From Podarcis vaucheri (Eukaryota), in NCBI GenBank assembly GCA_965113315.1, contig OZ220365.1: DNA of 64,000 bases; one strand, given 5' to 3'. Positions within the stretch are counted from its first letter, which is position 1. Every line of letters starts with the position of its first letter. Under the pieces are notes generated by a model, which did no database searches, was not told the origin of the DNA, and saw nothing but the letters and a program-made list of their open reading frames with translations. A program made the position numbers and the translations under genes. Below, one piece after another: positions 12,813 to 26,340 of this stretch.

Positions 12813-13131
12813 CAGTGGTGCCTCGCAAGACGAAAATAATCCGTTCCGTGAGTCTCTTCGTCTAGAAGTTTTTTCGTCTTGCGAAGCAACCCTATTAGTG
12901 GCTTAGCGCTATTAGCGGTTTAGCAGCTATTAAAGGCTTAGCGGCTAAAAGGCTATTAGCGGCTTAGAAAAAGGGGGGAGCAAAAAAATTCGCAAGACTC
13001 GCAAGACGTTTTCGTCTTGCGAAGCAAGCCCATAGGGAAATTTGTCTTGCGAAGCACATCGAAAAACGGAAAACCCTTTCATCTAGCGGGTTTTTCGTCT
13101 TGCGAGGCATTCGTCTTGCGGGGCACCACTG
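12813..13131. mobile_element. Tc1/mariner-superfamily (pogo/Tigger-type) MITE
   Basis: 22-bp TIR CAGTGGTGCCTCGCAAGACGAA with 1 mismatch, TA on both flanks, CpG-rich interior and internal TCGTCTTGCGA repeats. Confidence 0.9.
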
Positions 13132-16024
13132 TATTCCAAGCAGATGAGCAAACAACATGCCACATTAGATATATTTATTTAACATCACATATTTCTATTT
13201 TAACAGTAAACGGCCATTGCCTGGACCTGAATAAGATTGGGACTATAGAGGCAGAGGCACCAGACAATCAGGAGAGCCCAATGCAACAACATAAGACTCC
13301 CTCTGAACATTGAGGGGCTCCAACCCCCTAAAAAAATAATTAGAGGCTGAAATTGTCTTGGCTCCTAGTAGTCAGAGCTTATGCATGGAGGTAAGGGAGA
13401 TTTTAATGCTTTTGCCCCTGCTATGGCCAAATAAAATTCCCTCTCCATCCACCACCAAAAGATCTACTGTCTGCATTAGTAGAGAAATTTCCACTGACAC
13501 TAATTGATGCTTCCCTCACAACACAAATGGAATTTTAGAGGCGATTTCTGCTCAGACCTCAGCATAGAAGTGAAGGGTTGGTTAAACTTGTGGATTTACC
13601 ATGGTTGTTTCATATTCTTGATCTAGAAGTTAGTGTATAACTCCAAAATCATAGAAAACTTTATTTCATTTATATGACACAGCAAGCATTGCTGTAAATA
13701 AGGAGCCATCAAGCTTTAGGGACCAATGGGCATGTTTGGAATTTTGAAAAAAAGGGTTGTGCATACCTGTTACAAAGTGACTGTCATGATATACCACAAA
13801 GATATACCACAAAATGGTTGCCACATTTCAAAGACAAGGAAAACACAAGGCCACAAAATAGTGCAGGCATGCTTCCTCATGACCGTCTTGTCAATGGAAA
13901 AAAGCACCTACAGCAGTTCCTTACACCTTCCCTCTGTTCAGAATAGATGAAAAGGTGGGTGTCCTATCTTGGAACCCAATGAAATGTGGGCATATTTAAG
14001 GGGCTGCATTCAATGTAGGAGATGCTGAGCTAGACAGTCTTTTTGTACACTCTGATTTTTTTTTACGGGAAATTTACTGAGATTTTTGCAGGCACCATAG
14101 GAGCTACTAGCAAACACAGCTGCATGTTGGCGACCTCTGTTGCAAGTCTACACAATTAAAGTAGTACATTATTGAATTGGAAATGTGGAACTCTAGGCCA
14201 TCTAGACAAGACACCAATTTTCTAGTCACAATCAGCATTTTTACAAGTCAAAATGATTCTTCAGTGATAACATCCCCAAGCTTTTCAATCAATTAATCAG
14301 GCTCCCTCACATATTGTGAGATTGTATCATGTAATCATTATTATTAGTTGCTGATGAGCAGAAATGTGCATGCTCTTGCACTCCTTTTTGCCACATCCTG
14401 TAATGTGTGGCTTGGCCATCAGATCATGTGCCACCTGAATTTGGAGCAACCCCCATCCGTATATTTTTCATCTAATGCCATAATGATAGTACAAAAGACC
14501 TGTTGGAGGAGGGATGAGTATTGTTCTCTTCCTTCAGCCTGAGACAATAAGGTTCCCTTTTATTTCGTATCATACACACCCTTTTACCTAGCCATGCCTC
14601 AAAATCAGACCATTATGTAAATACAGCTTGCTATAATCTTCCAGGGTTTTGAACAGTTTTGAAGTTATCTGTCAAGGCCAGGTATCTTATCTCTTTTCTG
14701 CTGATTTATAGCCTTGCCTATTTCAGTTCAAATAATTATTTCTCAAAGGTGAAGTTCCAAATCATCAGTGCTGTCATAGATACTATATTCAATTCAGTTT
14801 CTGAGAATGCAGAAAAAGCCAGTGAAATTACTGCTATGCAGCACTCCTTTTCAAGATTCTACCCATCAATTAAGACTGTACTATCCTAAATATTAGAAAT
14901 ACGCATTTGTCAGCTTATGTTGCCTTTACCCAAGTAAGAGGACTATAAACTTTCTTTCTAAAGTAAGTTTGGGATTAGCAGGATTCAGGATGTACTGAAT
15001 TCTGTAATTTTCCAGCTGATGTTTGCCACACAGTTAAACAGCATCTTTGGCCAGGGACTACTTTATGTTTTGCTTAAGAAGTAGCTGATGCCAGAATGCC
15101 ACATGAAATATTGATTTAGCCTGTATATGTCCATTTCATTCTGTGAAGCAAAAATCCACAGAGCACCATGTAAATTAAACAAGTAATGGAAAAGGAGTAA
15201 GTACTTTTATCACTGAGCCATTTGTTTAAAGCATTGGCAGTTTAATTAAAAATTTCTGTTGTAAAAAGAAAAGAAAGAAAACCCATTTTGCTTTTCCTAG
15301 CTGCTCAAACCAACAGTTGCACACACTTCTTTTCCTCTTGGATGTTTTTTTTCCTAGAAGTATACCCCATGAACTCAGCTGGCAATTTACAGGAGTGGGT
15401 TTTGTTTTGGAAGTGAAATATAACATCTTTTTCAGGAGGAAAGGAGTATTATTTCTTTTAGTCCCTCACAAAAAGCCTTGAACAGCATGTTGGAGCTAGC
15501 TGGGCTTTTTAGATAGGTTCTCTACTTTTTATATTAAAAAAGCAGGCACAGAATGCTAGCAGCTGTTATAAAGTAGGAGTTAGCATCAATGATCTGGTGA
15601 AGAAAGAAAGGAGAACTGTTCATCACTTCAAGTATATGAGACAGTGACTGAGCAAGAGGCAATGAAAATCCTGACAACGCAGAACAGCATTTTCCTACTT
15701 TTCTTACATTCGGTCTGTACTTTTCATTTCCTAGTTGCCCAAAATCTGCTAAAGAAGAGGAGTTGATATTAATCATTTTCCTAACATTTTCCTCATGCGC
15801 AAAATGATTTGCAATGCTTATTATTCTCTGCCACATCTCTTGAGAGCGAGGCCAATTATGTCATTTTAGAAATGAAGAAATGAAGCTGTGGTGAAGCATT
15901 GAGGAGGTCATCTGAATTCGACTACTCCACAACTAAATTCTAAACACTACCCAATGGAGCACACTTGATCTCATCCATTACCAAAGGTCTTACTAACTCA
16001 TACATACCACCACGCAGTATGTAT

Positions 16025-16433
16025 GGGAGACGGATGGCGCTGTGGTCTAAACCACTGAGACTCTTGGGCTTGCTGATCAGAAGGTCGGCAGTTCAAATTC
16101 CTGTGACGGAGTGATCTCCAATTGCTCTGTCCCAGCTCCTGCCAACCTAGCACTTCGAAAGCATGCCTGTGTAAGTAGATAAATAGGTACCGCTGCGGCG
16201 GGAAGGTAAATGGCGTTTCTGTGTGCTCTAGTTTCTGTCAGTGTTCTGCTGTACTAGAAGCAGTTTAGTCATGCTGGCTACATGATCCGGCCACATGATC
16301 TGGAAAGTTGTCTGTGGACAAACACAGCCTGAAAGTGAGGGTAAGCCCTCGGCCTGAAAGCGAGATGAGTACCACAACCCCACAGTCGCCTTTGACTGCA
16401 CTCAACCTTCCAGAGGTCCTTTACCTTTACCTT
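16025..16433 (+). mobile_element. Sauria SINE, full length
   Basis: tRNA-like head (TGGCGCTGTGG...GTTCAAATTC), the conserved CCTGCCAACCTAGCA..TCGAAAGCA core and an (ACCTTT)n tail. Flanking repeat TACATAC(C/A)ACCAC(G/A)CAG at 16001-16017 and 16433-16449. Confidence 0.9.
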
Positions 16434-17222
16434 ACATACAACCACACAGCCTGACGCTGCAGATCACACTCTGTAGCAATCCACAGAGGGATATTAGATA
16501 CGTACTAATCTAATTCTTTGCTAACCTTGGAGCCCAAAAGTTCACCTCTCCTGGCTCAATTTTCTGGTGAGTTAACCCAAATATATTTTGTGGGACTCAG
16601 AAACTAGCAAAGTGGGAAAAGCGGGTATTTGATGGGCACAAAAGAACATTGATATTCAATCTATTTAAATAACTTTTAAAAAGATTTGTAATTGTAAACA
16701 AAACCTCCTTGTCCTAAAGACACAGGCACAGGAAATCAATCTTGCAGAATCATCACTGCTCAAGGTCTGTTTCCAGGAGTATTTATAGCAATGGAAAGCA
16801 ATTTTCAGTGTTACCTTTTCTTTCTGATGTTATCAAGGCTACAGTCTCATAGTAACACATACACCTGTTGCTTAACTTTATGAGTGTTCAGTCTTCTAAA
16901 TTTAGCTAATGGAAAATTACTCTTATTGCCATCCAGTCAGCTTAGGTGTAATCAAATGTATAACATATACAAATGGCAGTAATAATTGCCTTGTGGTTGA
17001 ATGTCTCCAAAATTAAACACATCAAGGTTGTGATCCTATGCATACTTTCCTGAAATCAATAGGGCTCTCTTAGAAGATCAACATAGGATGACAAGTGCAC
17101 AAGTTTTACCTGGGAATGTAAGGCTGGCATCTCAAGCATATTGAGAAATTTTATTGTAAGGTTAATCTCCAGGAAAAATTCTGGCAAGGTCGGACAATTT
17201 AGAAGAAACTTCTAATACTATA

Positions 17223-17454
17223 CAGTGGTACCTCTACTTACAGACGCGATCCATTCCAGGGTGCTGTTCGCACCCCGAAAAGTCCGTAAGTAGGGTGCCG
17301 CTTCTGCGCATGATGAAATAGAGCGCTCCTGTGCATGCACGAAGCACGAAGAATGCTTCTGCACGTGCGGTGAAACCCAGAAGTATACACTTCTGGGTTT
17401 GCCGCGTTCACAACCTGAAAATCCACAACCTGAACGCAACTAGAGGTATGACTG
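17223..17454. mobile_element. pogo/Tigger-type MITE
   Basis: TA|CAGTGGTACCTCTA ... TAGAGGTATGACTG|TA; CpG-rich interior. Confidence 0.85.
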
Positions 17455-18479
17455 TAGTTTGTAAAGTGTACTTATGTCAAAAAGAAACACGTTTGGTTAT
17501 TTCAGGAGATTTAGATTACCAAGCAAAAAAAAACCTACAGTAATTGGTTGGCTATTTGAAATTCCCATTTTCCCTTCAAGGGCTATTTGGATGCTTGGAT
17601 ACATAGCAGCCTCTTTGTTGCCTGTGGCACTGTTTTTGTTCCCAGAAATAAAAACTTTGCAATATAATACCCTAATCACAGATCACAGTAATAGAAAATA
17701 GTAAACTACAAGCTGTGTAACTCTCATTTGCCCTTTCCAAGCATCAGGTTTTCCTTCTATTCAGTTTACTTAGTAATATTGCCCAAAGCAAGAATCCCTT
17801 TATTTGTGCACTAATTCTAAATTCAGTGTTATAGTCCCTGTCAACTGCCACTGGCACTGTTGAACTACCACATAAGAGGTGCAATCCACTCAATCGGTAA
17901 GAAATAACATGTCATTTTGCAGTACTGCTTCTGAAGAAAATATCTAGTCTGGAAAATTCTTCTCATGGTGACAAACCATGTGATCAAATTAAAGGCTAGA
18001 ATGCAGATGAGATAACTTACTGTAAATTGCCAAACTTCTCTTGGCTCAGAAGGACAAACACTCTTTTGTCATTATCGCAACCATTTGGAGAAAAAATTCA
18101 CGGTTGTTTCAGTTCAGTTATTTAAAACTTTATTTTTAAAGTGTCCTAGCAGTGTTTGTGTGAAAGGCAATGCCAGCCACCTTACTAAGGCATAGAGATA
18201 GAAAGGTGTTGGAGTGAGATGTGAGACCAAATTAAACCCCGCTGGTTGGCTCAGGAAGGGATTGCGCTGTCTGCCTGTTTTATGGTTTGTTCCATGGTTC
18301 ATGTCATAGTGGAAAGTCAGGAAACGAGCATTACAGAAGATCAAAGATCTAGTGCTGCGTCTCATTATGCATCCAACCAAAGCTTCACCCTGGGATACAT
18401 TAAGACTATTTATAATTTTTAACATTTCAACTTTAATGTACTGCCCTCATATATAATTGATATTCATTATACCCTAGAA

Positions 18480-18800
18480 GAGGGGTGGTGAACCTTTTTC
18501 AGTCTGACAGCCTCATTCCTTTCTGCACAACCTTCTGAGGGCCACATACCAGCAATGGGCAGAGCAGTGAATGTAAAATTTACCTTTGTACAGTTCACTA
18601 GTTTCCACCTCTGTCTATCTTCCATCCAGATAAGCAAGAGGCATGATCAGGGTTAAAGGAGACATTCCAGGTGGGCAAAAAGTATAATGCAGGACCAAGA
18701 AGGGGTGTGGCCTGAGGAGATGATGTGCGGACTGGGAAGAGTTCTGAGGGCCACACAGACAACAGGAAGGCCACATTTGGTCCCGGAGTCCCCACCTCTG
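18480..18800. mobile_element. hAT-type MITE
   Basis: Decayed TIR (GAGGGGTGGTGAAC / GTCCCCACCTCTG), 8-bp TSD CCCTAGAA / CCCTAGAT and GGCCACA subterminal motifs; related to 42232-42576 in the opposite orientation. Confidence 0.7.
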
Positions 18801-19269
18801 CCCTAGATTAACAGATTTACAGGTAAAATTATAGAGATCATATCAAATCAGCATATGTTATGCTTCCTAAAGCCATTTCAGCTTCAAATTCTCACTTTTT
18901 TCCATAGCAGATGTGAGGCAAAAACAGGGTTGCTGGGTCACAATTCTGAATGGCACATTTCCCTTTTCGACCCATATCTTCTTGGCTTGTATTTGACATT
19001 TCTGTGGCACACAAAGCACAGACAGGATGGTTTCTAATTTATATCTGGTTCTTAGAATTTGAAATGTTAAAATATTCACATTTCTAATATGGCCATGGAT
19101 CTCCAGTCATAGACACAGGCTATGTACGTACACATTGCTGCTTATTCTGGCTCCAGCTCAGACTCTTTGAAAGTGTTTGAAGCCAAGTACCCAATCCATG
19201 AGTATCCTATAGCTTCTTGAAAAATACTTCTGTTTGCTTCACTTTCCCTCAACCCAGCTTCCAGCTGAT

Positions 19270-19835
19270 TAAAAATAAGAATAATACAATGTGCATACTG
19301 CCCTTCATCCAAAGATCACACGATAGTTCACAATATGAAAATACAAAATAAGAGCACAAAATGCAAAATAAAACAAAAGCAAACCAATAACCTTCCTCCA
19401 ACCAACACATTTAAAAGGACATAGAACATTCAATCATCCAAAGGCCTGGTTATAAACACTTTTGCCTGGTCCCTAAATGGGGGCATAGCGAGGGGGTGCT
19501 GGGGATGGGGCTGCAGCCCTAGGCACACAATTTTTTGTGGCGGCATGAACCAGTCACCCCCAGCATGGCTCAGTGCTTCTCTGTGCCCGCCCAAATGCCG
19601 AATCAGCTGGCTGGGTTCTCCCCTGCATGGGTCGGCAGGCAGCCCCACTTTGCTCCATCAGCAAGGGTCGGGTTGGTTCTGTGCACCAGTAACTGAGGCT
19701 ACGCCACTGTGCCTAAATATATATAATGAAGGTGGCAGGCAAGCCTCCCTGGGAAGAGCATTCCACAAACGGGGAGTCACCACAGAAAAGGCCTTTTCTC
19801 GTGTTGTTGCCCTCCAGGCTACTTGTAGAAGTGCA
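19270..19835 (-). mobile_element. L2 LINE 3' end, interrupted by a DNA transposon
   Basis: Minus strand reads REKAFSVVTPRLWNALP, the L2/CR1-group ORF2 C-terminal motif, followed by a T-rich 3' UTR. Confidence 0.8.
19478..19709. mobile_element. hAT-type MITE nested in L2
   Basis: Right TIR GCTACGCCACTG, decayed left TIR TGGGGGCATAGC, 8-bp TSD TCCCTAAA / TGCCTAAA. Confidence 0.72.
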
Positions 19836-22800
19836 TGCACACACAAGAGCGTCAGTGAATTGGAGTTCAGTATGAGAAAACAAACTAAGTAATGGTAATG
19901 GATCAAAGCATTCCTTCCAACTACTCTCCGGTATGAACAGCAACATGAAAAAGTGACTTAAAATGCAGCGGGAGAGCACAACGCCACTGGGTTTAAAGCC
20001 ACTAATGTGACATAGCCTCAATCATTAAAATGGGCTGGAATAGAAACATGCACAGAACACCTTTAAAGTATTAGGCACAATTCAAACTGATGGTAATTAT
20101 CTTTAACGTTAATTTAAAGTTAACTTGTTACCTAAGGAGCACTTCTGGGGGCTGGCTCTATCATTATTAGGCAGAGTGAAGCAGCTGCCTCAAGCAGACA
20201 TTGGAGAGCTCCCCAGCTGTCTGTGGTGAATGACAGAGGTGTTATGTCACATGGCCCATCATGTGACCCCTTAAACTAACCTACAGGGGGAGGTGTCATT
20301 AGAGCTGAGATAAGATTCAGCTGCCAGTCCACCAGCAGAATGGGCACTGACATTTTATTTGTCTCAGGCGACAAAATATTTTGGGCCAGCCCTAATCACT
20401 GAATCTCATACCAACCTGCTAAGTTGGTTGTTTCAGTCTTCTCTTTATTATGACTGAAGCAAGGATGGCTGTTAAAAGAGATAAGGAGTTCACTGTGGCT
20501 GCACCAAAATTGTAGACCATCTTATCCCATTAAACCTAGGTGCTTTTGAAAAATCTGTTACGTCTGCTTCCATTGTATTATATTTTGCTGCATTTTATTT
20601 CAATATTATTTCACTGTGTTCTTTATTTGCTGTAAATTATGCACATGAGAAGGGGAAGGTAAAAAAATACATAAATTGTAACAATGTGAGTATTTCCTCA
20701 CCCCATTTTTATGTTGTTTCACAAAACTGCTTGAAATTTTATAAACTATATGTTACTGATTGTTCCCTCGAATAATAAATGAAAGTACCCAAATATGCTT
20801 GATTTTATTACAGTGCATGTAAGAGTTTGTGTGAAAATCTTGTATTTTGAGAGGCAGAATCAAGCTAATAATCTCCTTAACAATAACTGAAGGAATAAGG
20901 CAGAAATCACTGAAGCCACTAGTATTTCTGATGATCTTTTTAAAAAATAATAGATAAATCATGGTGAAATTTCTCACAGGACTTAGGTTCACATGTCTCT
21001 AGCTATTACACTATTAAAATATTTTACTAGGGAAAATACAATGGTTGTATTTAAAAATATTTAAAAGCATGTCATACAGAAAGCAGTGGTTACATTTACT
21101 TAACAATGTCCCTCATTCACAGCTCTCAAGTACAATTTTAAATGGGTGCAGTCATCAGGCCCTTGAGATTTTTGTGTTTCCTGAAGGATAAAACCTGATT
21201 TGCCTCGTCTATTTGAAATGGATGATGACCCCATTTTAAAAACAGTAAGAGTGATCTTGTGTTATCTACTGTATTCATTTCAACTCGCATTAAAAACAAA
21301 TGTTCCAAACTTGTAGCTATAGGGAAAACATTTAAAAATGTAACTGCACTGTTCCATAAGAGCCAGCAAATCATCATAATAACCCTTGCTATTGAAGGAG
21401 GAGACCTTCATACTATTAGGGCTATTTTTACAATAATGGGACATTTGGCAAGATTTCATCCTCTGAACTTCAAACTGGACTGATTCCACAAACATATTTC
21501 ATACGGGTCATTAGAGGTTCCTTATATCATCATTTCAGCTTGTCCAATATCCAACATATTTTTTTTACTCAAGATGCCTAGAATTTGCCCACTGTCTTGT
21601 TGGAGTGCTTGAACCCTTGATTACTTTGCAAAAACTATCACTTAAGGCACACAGTCAACTGTGAACTGACCAATGGCATGCTGTAATTTGTATTCCAAGA
21701 CAAAAAACACTGCCTTGGCCATTTGTTTTGTCTAGTTTTTTGTTATTTTGGTTATTGGATGTGTCCAGGCCAACACTGAGTCCTGCCACATTTCATTTCA
21801 TTTAATTTCACTTTTGGCCCAAATTCTCTCTCTGCAAATATTCACATGTTTCCCACATTATGGAAGAGAATAACTTGGCACAAGCTCATCATTTTTCTCC
21901 AGTCTGTGTAAATTTTTCACGTGATCACTCCTAAGTTTGTTCTGGATTATTTAAAAACATCTACATATAAATCCAACTTTATCACAAAATAGTATTTGAA
22001 TATGTATTTTTATCTCAACGTATGCATTTCTGAACAATTTCCTAAACTACTCAGTTTAACACATTTTTGTATGTTTTCTGAGCCAAGAACCATATCACAA
22101 TATCTGGAGAAGGGTGAAATCAAAAAGATAATTATGTTCTAATCCACACCTTAGTCAAGCTGCAAATCAGGATAGCTTACACAGGAATTTGCAGAAATCA
22201 AATCCTTCAAGCGTTGTTAATTAGAAGTGGAGCTTTCCCTTTAGAAGTGTCTTCCCTGCTGTAGTGAGAATGACCATGAACAGTTCCACAAGGAATTCAT
22301 TGTTGACACGAAGGCTGCTTAAGAAAATGGGGTGTTAACAAAATAATAAAAATGGATTGTAGTGTTGGTAATTTCCTGATGTTTTAAAATCTATATATAG
22401 GTGTATTACTGTATGCACAGACACCTCCTTGAAATTCAGTATGACTGGCACAGAATACAGCAACGTGACACAGCAGCTCTGAACGAAAAACAATCCAGTT
22501 TGGTGAATTAGGAAAAGAGTAATATACTGAGTAAGCAAACTGTTGGCCAGGTTATTGCTTTTAATGTTCTTGCCCAGGCCATGAAACTGTATTTTACTTC
22601 TCATCCTGAAGTAGAGGGAGCATGTCTTCATTTCCTACTGAAAAGGGTAATTTTGCTTCAGGTCAGAATTTGCAAACTCAAACACAAATAGAACTGTTTC
22701 TTATGAGGATAAGGACATGGCTTGGCACTGCGTAAAGATAAACATACTGCAAAGTACTTTCTGGGATTTATTATACGTTTGGGAAAGCCAAATTAATATA

Positions 22801-22990
22801 ATAAATAATTACTTCAGAAACACTGCCCTAAGCCTCAAGATGAGCCCCAAGTCATTTATCTCAACCACTCCCAACCACAAGCATTCAGATTAAAATAGAA
22901 AGAGACTTGCATCTAAGCCTTTCTGAGCTTTGCAACAATAACATCACAGCTGCCTACTTTGTTTCCATTCCCAGTTTTTCACGTTTCATA

Positions 22991-23231
22991 CAGTGGTACC
23001 TCGGTTTACAAACTTAATCCGTTCCGGAAGTGCGTTCTTAAAGCGAAACTGTTCTTAAACCGAGGCGCACTTTCCCTAATGAGGTCTCTCGCCACCAGTG
23101 CCATTCCACTGTTTAGATATCATTCATAGACTGAGGTAAAGTTCACAAACCGGGACACTACTTCTGGTTTTGCAGAGTTCATAAACCAAATAGTTCGTAA
23201 ACAGGGCTGTTCTTAAACCGAGGTACCACTA
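22991..23231. mobile_element. pogo/Tigger-type MITE
   Basis: TA|CAGTGGTACCTCGGTTTA ... TAAACCGAGGTACCACTA|TA (terminal base mutated); internal TTCTTAAACCGAGG repeats. Confidence 0.88.
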
Positions 23232-24062
23232 TATTTGAAAGTGCAACAGGACAAAGTGTGAACTATTCTGCCCAAACCCCTAGAAAACGTTGAGCTCAGA
23301 CAACAGTCTAAAAGTCATTTCTGGCTCACATTGACAAAACTATTGCCAATTTACAAGGCTCAATTACATACAGTATGACTATTCAGGCAAACAGTTATTA
23401 GAAAGCACATACAATGACCTGACAACCTCCGATAGAAAACGAAATTGATTGATTAAAACAGCAAAACTGGCAGGAGGGGGGCATTTTGTGCAAATACTTT
23501 CAATGTGAACATGCCCCAAAACATTGCTTTCCCTTTGAGAGCATTCTTTCTGGCTACAGACTTGGGGGTTGGGGAGGTGGGTATGAGAAATAAGGCCTTG
23601 TGAGCTGGGACACCCAAATTGTGGAAAGGCCTTGCTTTTTCATTTGTGGAAAAATGCTGAGAACAGCTCCATTAGCTATTGCTTTACAACTGTCATTTTG
23701 ATGCTTTTCTTTTAGTATGTTTTATCAGTTGCTGTTTCTTAAGCAATACTTGTAAGCCGCATGGCAGTGTAGAGAAATAGTTATCAATTATATGGGGTAG
23801 AGCTAGACTTACCCTCCCATGAAGGAGAGCAACTGAGATCCACTGGAGACTGTTCCATTGGAGGAGAGAGAGACCTCAGCAGCACTTTATTGCTGCACCA
23901 ATGGGTCCCTTGATCATCCAGAACAGCTGGGGGAGGAAGGCAAAGGAGGAATGGGAGGAAAACCCATTCTTAATTACTTGAGAGTAATCCCCATTGGATG
24001 AAGAGGCACTTCTGAGAAAACATGCATAGGACTGCATAGGTTGCACATCACTTGGCAAAATA

Positions 24063-24300
24063 CAGTGGTATCTCGTGTTGCGAGCTGTCCCTCTTACGAA
24101 TTCTTTGGGTTACGTGCTCTGCTAACCCAGAAGTAGATGCCCCTTGTTGCAAACTTTGCCCCGGGATGCGAGCGGAGATTGCACTCCGGTGGCGCAGCAA
24201 CAGAAGGGGGTGCCATTAGCAGAAGTGTGCTTCATGTTACGAGTGGTTTCTGGTTACGAACAGACCTCTGGAACGGATTTTGTAACCGTAGATACCACTG
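24063..24300. mobile_element. pogo/Tigger-type MITE
   Basis: TA|CAGTGGTATCT ... AGATACCACTG|TA. Confidence 0.85.
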
Positions 24301-24968
24301 TATGTAGATGTAGACCCAGTATCAGGAGTTGAATACCCTCCAACATTCCCTTGATGAAAATCAGGAGGCAAGTCAGCTGGCTTACACCAGAGTGCAGCTT
24401 ACACGAGTTAGCTGACTCTTGCAAGAGCACGGCACCACTGCAAGGGCCAGCGCATCCCTGGGACACTCCAGGATCAAATCAGAAGCTGGGATGGCTTCTG
24501 TAATTCCAGGAATGTCCTGTTATAATTGGTTGGAGTGTATGGCGTTGACATCACAAGACTGAGGCTCATACTCCAACTGTCAGACGTCTAGCCCTCTTCT
24601 TATTCTTCCCTTGCCTGTTCACCCACTCATGTCTAGCTTATTAAGAGTGACAAAAGCAAGGGAACAGACCAATAGCCTCCACTTGCATAGCTTTCTCCTT
24701 CTGCCCAGAAGCAGAGGGTTGGTGACTGGCTATTTCTGAGAGTAGCAAGGGGGATAGGCCCCTATCAGGGAGGGGAACCAGCCCAGGAGGTGCCAGGAAT
24801 TCTCAAGCCTATATTATGCAGTTAAATGGAAGTTAAAGTCTATTGTAAATTTTATTGCCACCTAAACAACACAGCTACCATTACAAGAAAGAAAGCTGCT
24901 ATTACCTCTTTGTTTCCTTGTTAATTATATCCCCCAAAATAGAACATGAGCTCACTGTTTTTTGTATT

Positions 24969-25040
24969 AATCTATCTATCTATCTATCCATCCATCCATT
25001 TTATTTATTTATTTATTTTCATTTTATTTATTTATTTTTT
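24969..25040 (+). repeat. Compound (TCTA)n(TCCA)n(TTTA)n simple repeat
   Basis: Read directly; probably the tail of an adjacent old minus-strand retroposon. Confidence 0.8.
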
Positions 25041-25899
25041 TAAAAGCATTTATAAGCTCCATTTAAAGACACACCCCTCCCATGGTGGATCACAATATCA
25101 ACTTACATAGCAGATCTGATCTATGAAGGAAAACTGTGTCAAAACCTGTCATATTTGGCCAAGGGCATTGCTTGGTTGATACAATGCATACAAACCCTTT
25201 AAACCCTTTAACATCCCTCTTTCTGAAATTTTCTCTTATGTCTGTCTAGTCATGGATCTACTGAGTTGAAAGTGACAAGCTACTGAAAAATCATTTTGTC
25301 AGACCTCTTGTTCAACACAATATCATTGGTAGTGACTGACTAACCAGTCAGTGTAGGAGTTAACCATCGTGTTCATAATCAACAAGTTACTCAGACTGAG
25401 GCGCCAAGCTAGAGTAAACAGATGAGACTTCATTGGCTATTTGTAGCCAGAGCCAAACAACTTTAGGAATATAAGGGATGCTATTGGTTATTCATATTAC
25501 CTCATCTTATTGTGAGCTCAACTGGAAGCTAGAATAGGTCCCTCCCAGTAAGCCAGGAGCAATGCAGCCCCACCAGCCACTACTGCTTCCTCCTATAATA
25601 ATTTTCTTCTCTTACACTCATCTATTCTATTTCCAATTTATTTGTTGATGATAATGATGATACCTATTCATCTTTGATCTTTTCTGGCCCTTTTACCTCA
25701 GAGGAGGAATGTAATGCCTACTCTACTGAACTCATTTGTAAACTGACCACCTTTGCCCATCCCACATAGCGTGGGGGGCAGGCAAGTTAGGAAGCGCTGG
25801 AGAGGCTGTGGCACTGAGCTCTACCAGAATGTGGCCCAAGGCCTAGTGATGGGTCTGAACCCACTGTTTAAGAAACACTGGTACAGATTGAGTCTCATA

Positions 25900-26340
25900 T
25901 GTTCAGATGATGCCACCCATTTGTTTCATATAGATGTTAAACATCATGGGGGGAAAGATGGGACCCAGAAATAGAATCTTCAAGGGGTTAGTCTCCAATT
26001 AAAAGTGAACCACTCCAAAGCAGTGCCGCCAATCCACAAGTCAGAAAGCCTGCCCAACATGGTCAGCAGTATCAAAGGCCACTAAGAAGTCTAAGAAAAT
26101 TAACAAGGTCACACTCTCCCTGCCTTTCCCTCAATAAATGCCATTCTGCTGGTTGTTCAAGGCAGTTTCAGTTCCAAAACCTACTCCAAATTAAAAAGTA
26201 ATCTAGAAATCAGCTTTGTCCAAAAGTATATAGAGTTGCCCAACAACCACCCTTCAGCAACTACTATCAAGGAAGGTTAGGTACCGGTCTATTGCTAACT
26301 TCTTCTGGATCCAGGTTAGGTTTTTCATCAGAGGCCAAAT
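25900..26340 (-). mobile_element. Old L2-clade LINE reverse-transcriptase fragment
   Basis: Decayed motifs in the correct order on the minus strand: KPNLDPEEVSNRPVPNLP, GFGTETAL, LLIFLDFLVAFDTADH, GSHLSPMMFNIYMK. Confidence 0.8.

Noticed and set aside
14350-14366. CTGATGA...GAAA second hammerhead candidate; similar words near 1545 on minus and at 40813
   Set aside because: No stem II or stem I pairing.
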